Of a stretch of DNA of 64,000 nt, positions 60,203 to 64,000 are shown in pieces. The number at the start of each line of letters is the position of its first letter. Positions within the stretch are counted from its first letter, which is position 1. A program made the translations under genes and the position numbers. The notes under the pieces are model-generated. The model was not told the origin of the DNA. It worked only from the letters and a program-made list of their open reading frames with translations, and searched no databases. The DNA comes from Alphaproteobacteria bacterium (GTDB lineage Bacteria; Pseudomonadota; Alphaproteobacteria; UBA828): the NCBI GenBank assembly GCA_050173345.1, contig JBFXKW010000003.1:60323-124322 (forward strand). The letters run 5' to 3'.

Positions 60203-60957
60203 GCAAGCCGACCGTCATCATCACCGGCGCCGGCATCGGCATCGGCCATGCCGCCGCCCTCGCCTTCGCCAAGGCCGGCTACCATGTCGGTGTCACCGAC
60301 GTGATCGAGGCCGAGGGCAAGGACACGGTCAAAGAGATCGAGAAGGCTGGCGGCTCGGCCGAGTTCCACAAGGTCGACGTGACCGACACCGGCAACGTGA
60401 ACGCCGTGGTCGCCGCCTTCGAGAAGAAGCACGGCGCGATCGACGCCGCGATCGCCAATGCCGGCATCGCCCACAAGGTGAAGCTCGAGGAGATGACCGA
60501 CGAGAAGTGGGGCCACACGCTCGACGTCGACCTCAACGGCGTGTTCCGCCTGTGCCGCGCGGTCGCGCCGGGCATGCGCAAACGCAAGAAGGGCGCGATC
60601 GTCGCGACCTCCTCGATCATGGGCGTCGGCTATGGCTGGCACGACCATGTGCAGTACAACGCCGCGAAGACCGGCGTGGTCGGCCTGGTGCGCGGCCTCG
60701 CCTGCGACCTCGGCGCCGACCAGGTGCGGGTCAACGGCATCGCGCCCGGCTACATCCGCTCGGCGCAGTCGCTCTCGACGGTGCACTCGCTCGGGCCGGC
60801 CGGGCTCGAGAAGGCCGCCGAATACATCCCGCTCGGCCGTGTCGGCGAGCCCGACGACATCGCGGACGTGATGGTCTTCCTTTGCTCGCACGGGGCACGT
60901 TACATTAGCGGGCAGACCATCATCGTCGACGGCGGGCTGATGGTCGGAAGGTATTAG
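60199..60957 (+). CDS. SDR family oxidoreductase
   Basis: It has TGAGIGIG cofactor binding, NAG and the YNAAK catalytic motif. It overlaps the purB stop by 4 nt. Confidence 0.88.
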
Positions 60958-61541
60958 CCGCCGAGCAGCGCCGCCCTGAAGCGGTCCTTCAGATACGCGC
61001 CGTCCTTGGGCGGCAGCACGCGCGGCGCGGCCTCGGCCTTGACCTTGAAGACGCAGAGCAGCGGCCCCGGCCCCTGGCGCATCGCGCCGGCACAGCGCTC
61101 CAGCTCGTGAACGTCGCGCGCCGTCGCGGCCGAGGCGACGCCGCAGGCGCGCGCAATGCCGGCAACATCGATGCCCGAGGCGGTCAGGCCGCGCTGCATG
61201 CCGGTCTCGCCGTGCCGCTCATTGTCGAGCACGGCGATCGAGAGGTTGTCCGGCCGCTGCGCGCCGATCGCGGCGAGGCTGCCGAGCCCCATCATCAGCT
61301 CGCCGTCGCCGGTGACCACCAGGACGCGCCGCCCGGGCTGCGCGAGCGCGAGGCCGAGGCCGATCATCGAGGCCGAACCCATCGCGCCCCAGAGCGGGAA
61401 GTCGAGCGCGTTGTCCGCGACCGCGGCGACGTCCCACGCCGAGGAGCCGAGGCCTGCGACCACCAGCATATCGCCGCGCGCCGCGAGGAGCCGCGCGACA
61501 ACATCGCGCCGTTCGAGCGAGGTTTCGGGCTTGTCGCTCAT
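60954..61541 (-). CDS. Thiamine-diphosphate enzyme, beta subunit (sulfopyruvate/phosphonopyruvate decarboxylase-like)
   Basis: It has the TPP-binding motif GDGELMMGLGSLAAIGAQRPDNLSIAVLDNERHGETG and is ~195 aa. Confidence 0.7.
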   Translation of the reverse strand: MSDKPETSLERRDVVARLLAARGDMLVVAGLGSSAWDVAAVADNALDFPLWGAMGSASMIGLGLALAQPGRRVLVVTGDGELMMGLGSLAAIGAQRPDNLSIAVLDNERHGETGMQRGLTASGIDVAGIARACGVASAATARDVHELERCAGAMRQGPGPLLCVFKVKAEAAPRVLPPKDGAYLKDRFRAALLGG

Positions 61542-61581
61542 GGCCGGACCGTGTGAACGCCTTGGCCCCAATTCCCTAATT

Positions 61582-61673
61582 CGTCATTGCCCGGCTCGAC
61601 CGGGCAATCCAGGGGCGGCGGCACCGTCGCTTGCAGAGAAAGACTGGATGCCCCGGTCAAGCCGGGGCATGAC
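61582..61673. repeat. Family A palindromic repeats (two hairpins) between the two decarboxylase subunit genes
   Basis: The hairpins are cgtcattgcccggctcgaccgggcaatcc and ctggatgccccggtcaagccggggcatgacg. Confidence 0.7.
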
Positions 61674-61707
61674 GAAAGAGGAAGAGTGTCGTCGGCCATC
61701 ATCCCGC

Positions 61708-62232
61708 TCACCGCGTGAATGCCTTGGCGCCGATCACGCGTTGCGAGACCAGCACCGCGACGGCGACCTGGGATTCGAAGGCGAGCTGGGCCGCCGCCGC
61801 GACCGTCTCGCCCACCTCGGCCGCCTTGTCGACCGGATAGACGATGACGCCGCCGGCCTCCAGATGCTCAGGGCCAGCGAAGCCCATCGGCACCTGCCAT
61901 GGGTTCACCTCGCCCCAATTGCCGCGCATGGTGACGATGGTCAGGAACGGGAAGCGGCACGCCTTGACGAGCGAGAGCGGCGCGATGACGTTGCCGATGC
62001 CGCTCGACTGCATGAGCAGCACGCCGCGCTCGCCGCCGAGCCAGGCGCCGGCCAGCATGCCGATGCCGTCCTGTTCGTTCGAGAGCAGCACGTCCTTGAT
62101 GCCGGTGTCGGCTTCGCAGAATGCGATCAGCCGGGTCAGCCCAGCGTCCGGCACATAGGCGACCTGGCGCACCCGTGCCGCACTCAGCACGCGGTGCACG
62201 TCGGCCGCCCAGTCGACGACCTGCTCGGTCAT
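61708..62232 (-). CDS. Thiamine-diphosphate enzyme, alpha subunit (sulfopyruvate decarboxylase ComD-like, pyrimidine-binding domain)
   Basis: It is ~174 aa from the ATG at 62232 (VPDAGL..LSNEQDGIGMLAGAWLGG..LLMQSSGIGN). The longer ORF reaching 63576 is an artefact. Confidence 0.7.
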   Translation of the reverse strand: MTEQVVDWAADVHRVLSAARVRQVAYVPDAGLTRLIAFCEADTGIKDVLLSNEQDGIGMLAGAWLGGERGVLLMQSSGIGNVIAPLSLVKACRFPFLTIVTMRGNWGEVNPWQVPMGFAGPEHLEAGGVIVYPVDKAAEVGETVAAAAQLAFESQVAVAVLVSQRVIGAKAFTR

Positions 62233-62246
62233 CGCGGCAGGCCGGG

Positions 62247-62567
62247 CTATTCGGCCATCACCTGCTGGCGCGCGACGTCCAACAGGCGGGTCATCTCCTT
62301 GCGCAGCCGGTGCTCGTCGATGGCGACGCCCTTGGCGCCGAAATCCTTGAGCACCTTCTCGACCACGTCGGAATCGCCGGGTCGGTCGAAATCGGCCGCG
62401 ACCACCTCCTTGGCGTAGGCATCCGCGGCGTCGCCCTGGATGCCGAGCTGCTCGGCCGCCCACAGCCCCAGGAGCTTGTTGCGCCGGGCGTTGACCTTGA
62501 ACCTCAGCTCCTCGTCCCGCTTGTAGCGGGCTTCCTCTTCCTTCTTGCGCTTGTCGAAGGTGGTCAT
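62247..62567 (-). CDS. F1Fo-ATPase inhibitor zeta subunit (DUF1476)
   Basis: The translation MTTFDKRKKEEEARYKRDEELRFKVNARRNKLLGLWAAEQLG.. closely parallels the Paracoccus zeta subunit pattern. It is 106 aa. Confidence 0.8.
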   Translation of the reverse strand: MTTFDKRKKEEEARYKRDEELRFKVNARRNKLLGLWAAEQLGIQGDAADAYAKEVVAADFDRPGDSDVVEKVLKDFGAKGVAIDEHRLRKEMTRLLDVARQQVMAE

Positions 62568-62700
62568 GCGCTATGCTCCCTGGTGCCGGCGGCTGGCGGA
62601 GCGCGGTCCCCGAGCGAGGCCGCGCCTTCCGCGCTGTCCCGGCATATATACGGTTCAAGGCGCGTGCGTTCAATCGCGCTTGGCCAGATTGTGAGAGACC

Positions 62701-63471
62701 ATGTGCACGCTCGTCATCTTGCGCCGTCCCGGCCATGACTGGCCCGTCCTGATCGCGGCCAACCGCGACGAGATGCGCGACCGGCGCTGGCGCCCGCCCG
62801 GCCGCCACTGGCCCGACCGGCCCGAGGTGGTTGCCGGCCTCGACGAGCTCGCCGGCGGCTCCTGGCTCGGCATCAACGATCACGGCGTGGTCGCCGGCAT
62901 CCTCAACCGGGTCGGCTCGCTCGGCCCGGCGCCAGACAAGCGCTCGCGCGGCGAGCTGGTGCTCGAAGCGCTCGACCATGCCGACGCCGCGGAGGCGGCC
63001 GAGGCGCTGGCCGACCTCAACGGCGACGCCTACCGCTCGTTCAACATGCTGATCGCGGATTCGCGCGACGCGGTGTGGCTGCGCCATGATGGCGGCCGGG
63101 CGATCGAGCTCAGGCCGCTGCCGGCCGGCTTCTCGATGCTCACCGCCCATGACATCAATTCGACCGAATCGTCGCGCGTGCGCGAGCACCTGCCCCGCTT
63201 CGAGGCCGCACCCGTGCCCGATCCGGACGCCGGCGACTGGGCGGGCTGGGAAGCGCTGCTCGCCAGCCGCGACTCGGAACCCGGCCACGCACCGTTCGGC
63301 GCCATGCGCATCGAGACCGGCGACGGCTTCGGCACCGTCTCCTCCTCGCTGATTGCGCTGGCGCAGCCGAAGTCGGAGCCGCGCCGGCCGATCTGGCTGT
63401 TCGCGTCCGGGCCGGCGGGCGTGCATCACTTCGAGCCGGTCGAGCTCCGGCGCGCGGCAGCCATGCCGTGA
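62701..63471 (+). CDS. NRDE family protein (TANGO2-like, DUF833)
   Basis: It has the N-terminal nucleophile MCT and the eponymous NRDE motif (LIAANRDE). Confidence 0.8.
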   Translation: MCTLVILRRPGHDWPVLIAANRDEMRDRRWRPPGRHWPDRPEVVAGLDELAGGSWLGINDHGVVAGILNRVGSLGPAPDKRSRGELVLEALDHADAAEAAEALADLNGDAYRSFNMLIADSRDAVWLRHDGGRAIELRPLPAGFSMLTAHDINSTESSRVREHLPRFEAAPVPDPDAGDWAGWEALLASRDSEPGHAPFGAMRIETGDGFGTVSSSLIALAQPKSEPRRPIWLFASGPAGVHHFEPVELRRAAAMP

Positions 63472-63601
63472 CGGCTTGGTTGCGGTGCCTGGGGTGCCGT
63501 TGTATTGACGCCCCGAGTTGACTATCCTATGGCCGTTCGCGCCGGTTCGTCGGGCCGGTATTGCGGCCGAACGCAACCCGCTTGCATCATGGAGGACCGC
63601 T

Positions 63602-64000
63602 ATGGCTCGCCGCCGTCAGGTCTACGAGGGCAAGGCGAAGGTGCTCTATGAGGGCCCGGAACCCGGCACCCTGATCCAGTATTTTAAGGACGACGCCACC
63701 GCCTTCAACAACCAGAAGAAGGCGACCGTGGTCGGCAAGGGCGTGCTCAACAACCGGATCTCGGAGCACCTGATGACCCGGTTGAACGAGATCGGCGTGC
63801 CGACCCATTTCGTGCGCCGGCTCAACATGCGCGAGCAGCTCATCCGCGAGGTCGAGATCATCCCGGTCGAGGTGGTGATCCGCAACGTCGCGGCCGGCTC
63901 GCTCAGCCAGCGGCTCGGCATCGCGGAAGGCACCGTGCTGCCGCGCTCGATCGTCGAGTATTATTACAAGAACGACGCGCTCGGCGACCCGATGGTCTCG
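63602..64000 (+). CDS. purC: Phosphoribosylaminoimidazole-succinocarboxamide synthase PurC (3' end outside window)
   Basis: The translation [40 protein letters not shown].. [12 protein letters not shown] supports the call. The frame is open to the window end. Confidence 0.92.
   Translation, partial: MARRRQVYEGKAKVLYEGPEPGTLIQYFKDDATAFNNQKKATVVGKGVLNNRISEHLMTRLNEIGVPTHFVRRLNMREQLIREVEIIPVEVVIRNVAAGSLSQRLGIAEGTVLPRSIVEYYYKNDALGDPMVS

Noticed and set aside
63472-63601. Possible purine or ZTP-type riboswitch upstream of purC.
   Set aside because: No recognisable conserved riboswitch core or convincing terminator/anti-terminator pair was seen. The apparent complementary stretches did not hold up when checked base by base.

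Overview
This window is a densely coding, high-GC chromosomal segment, roughly 65-70% G+C by eye (not computed). It looks like an alphaproteobacterium of the Rhizobiales type. I found no rRNA, CRISPR array, transposase or integrase.

Left third (1-18.5 kb) is a motility and cell-cycle supercluster. It holds fliG (5' truncated), fliH-like, fliN, flbD, flhA, a FliK-like ORF, fliJ and fliI. ctrA follows, with consensus TTAA-N7-TTAA boxes in its promoter. A ChpT-like Hpt protein sits directly upstream of a cheA(CheW2-REC hybrid)-cheW-cheY-cheB-cheR operon.

Middle (18.5-44.6 kb):
- Molybdenum cofactor genes mobA and moaA, plus a molybdopterin oxidoreductase.
- nadK, and TetR and MucR/Ros regulators.
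- A complete CUT1-type ABC transporter (substrate-binding protein, 2 permeases, 2 ATPases). An orphan paralogous permease and an orphan substrate-binding protein lie elsewhere in the window.
- An Ada adaptive-response gene flanked by two prolyl-hydroxylase-like 2OG-Fe(II) oxygenases.
- A DUF853 ATPase plus methyltransferase pair, and an MltF-like transglycosylase.

Right third:
- tRNA-Leu(UAA), cinA-like, map, radC and phoH.
- A cysteine-rich Sel1-repeat protein.
- A two-subunit N,N-dimethylformamidase-like locus next to a MazE/MazF toxin-antitoxin pair.
- hyuA/hyuB plus a racemase, purB, an SDR, a split TPP decarboxylase, the F1Fo inhibitor zeta subunit, an NRDE protein and purC (3' truncated).

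Several short interspersed palindromic repeat families occupy intergenic gaps.

I do not see a convincing multi-gene novel system. The strongest anomaly is a ~0.85 kb low-GC insert carrying one orphan ORF (38903-39751) with no recognisable motifs. The next is a structured, terminator-containing leader or sRNA region immediately upstream of phoH. All family assignments rest on motif recognition from the translated ORFs; no database search was run.
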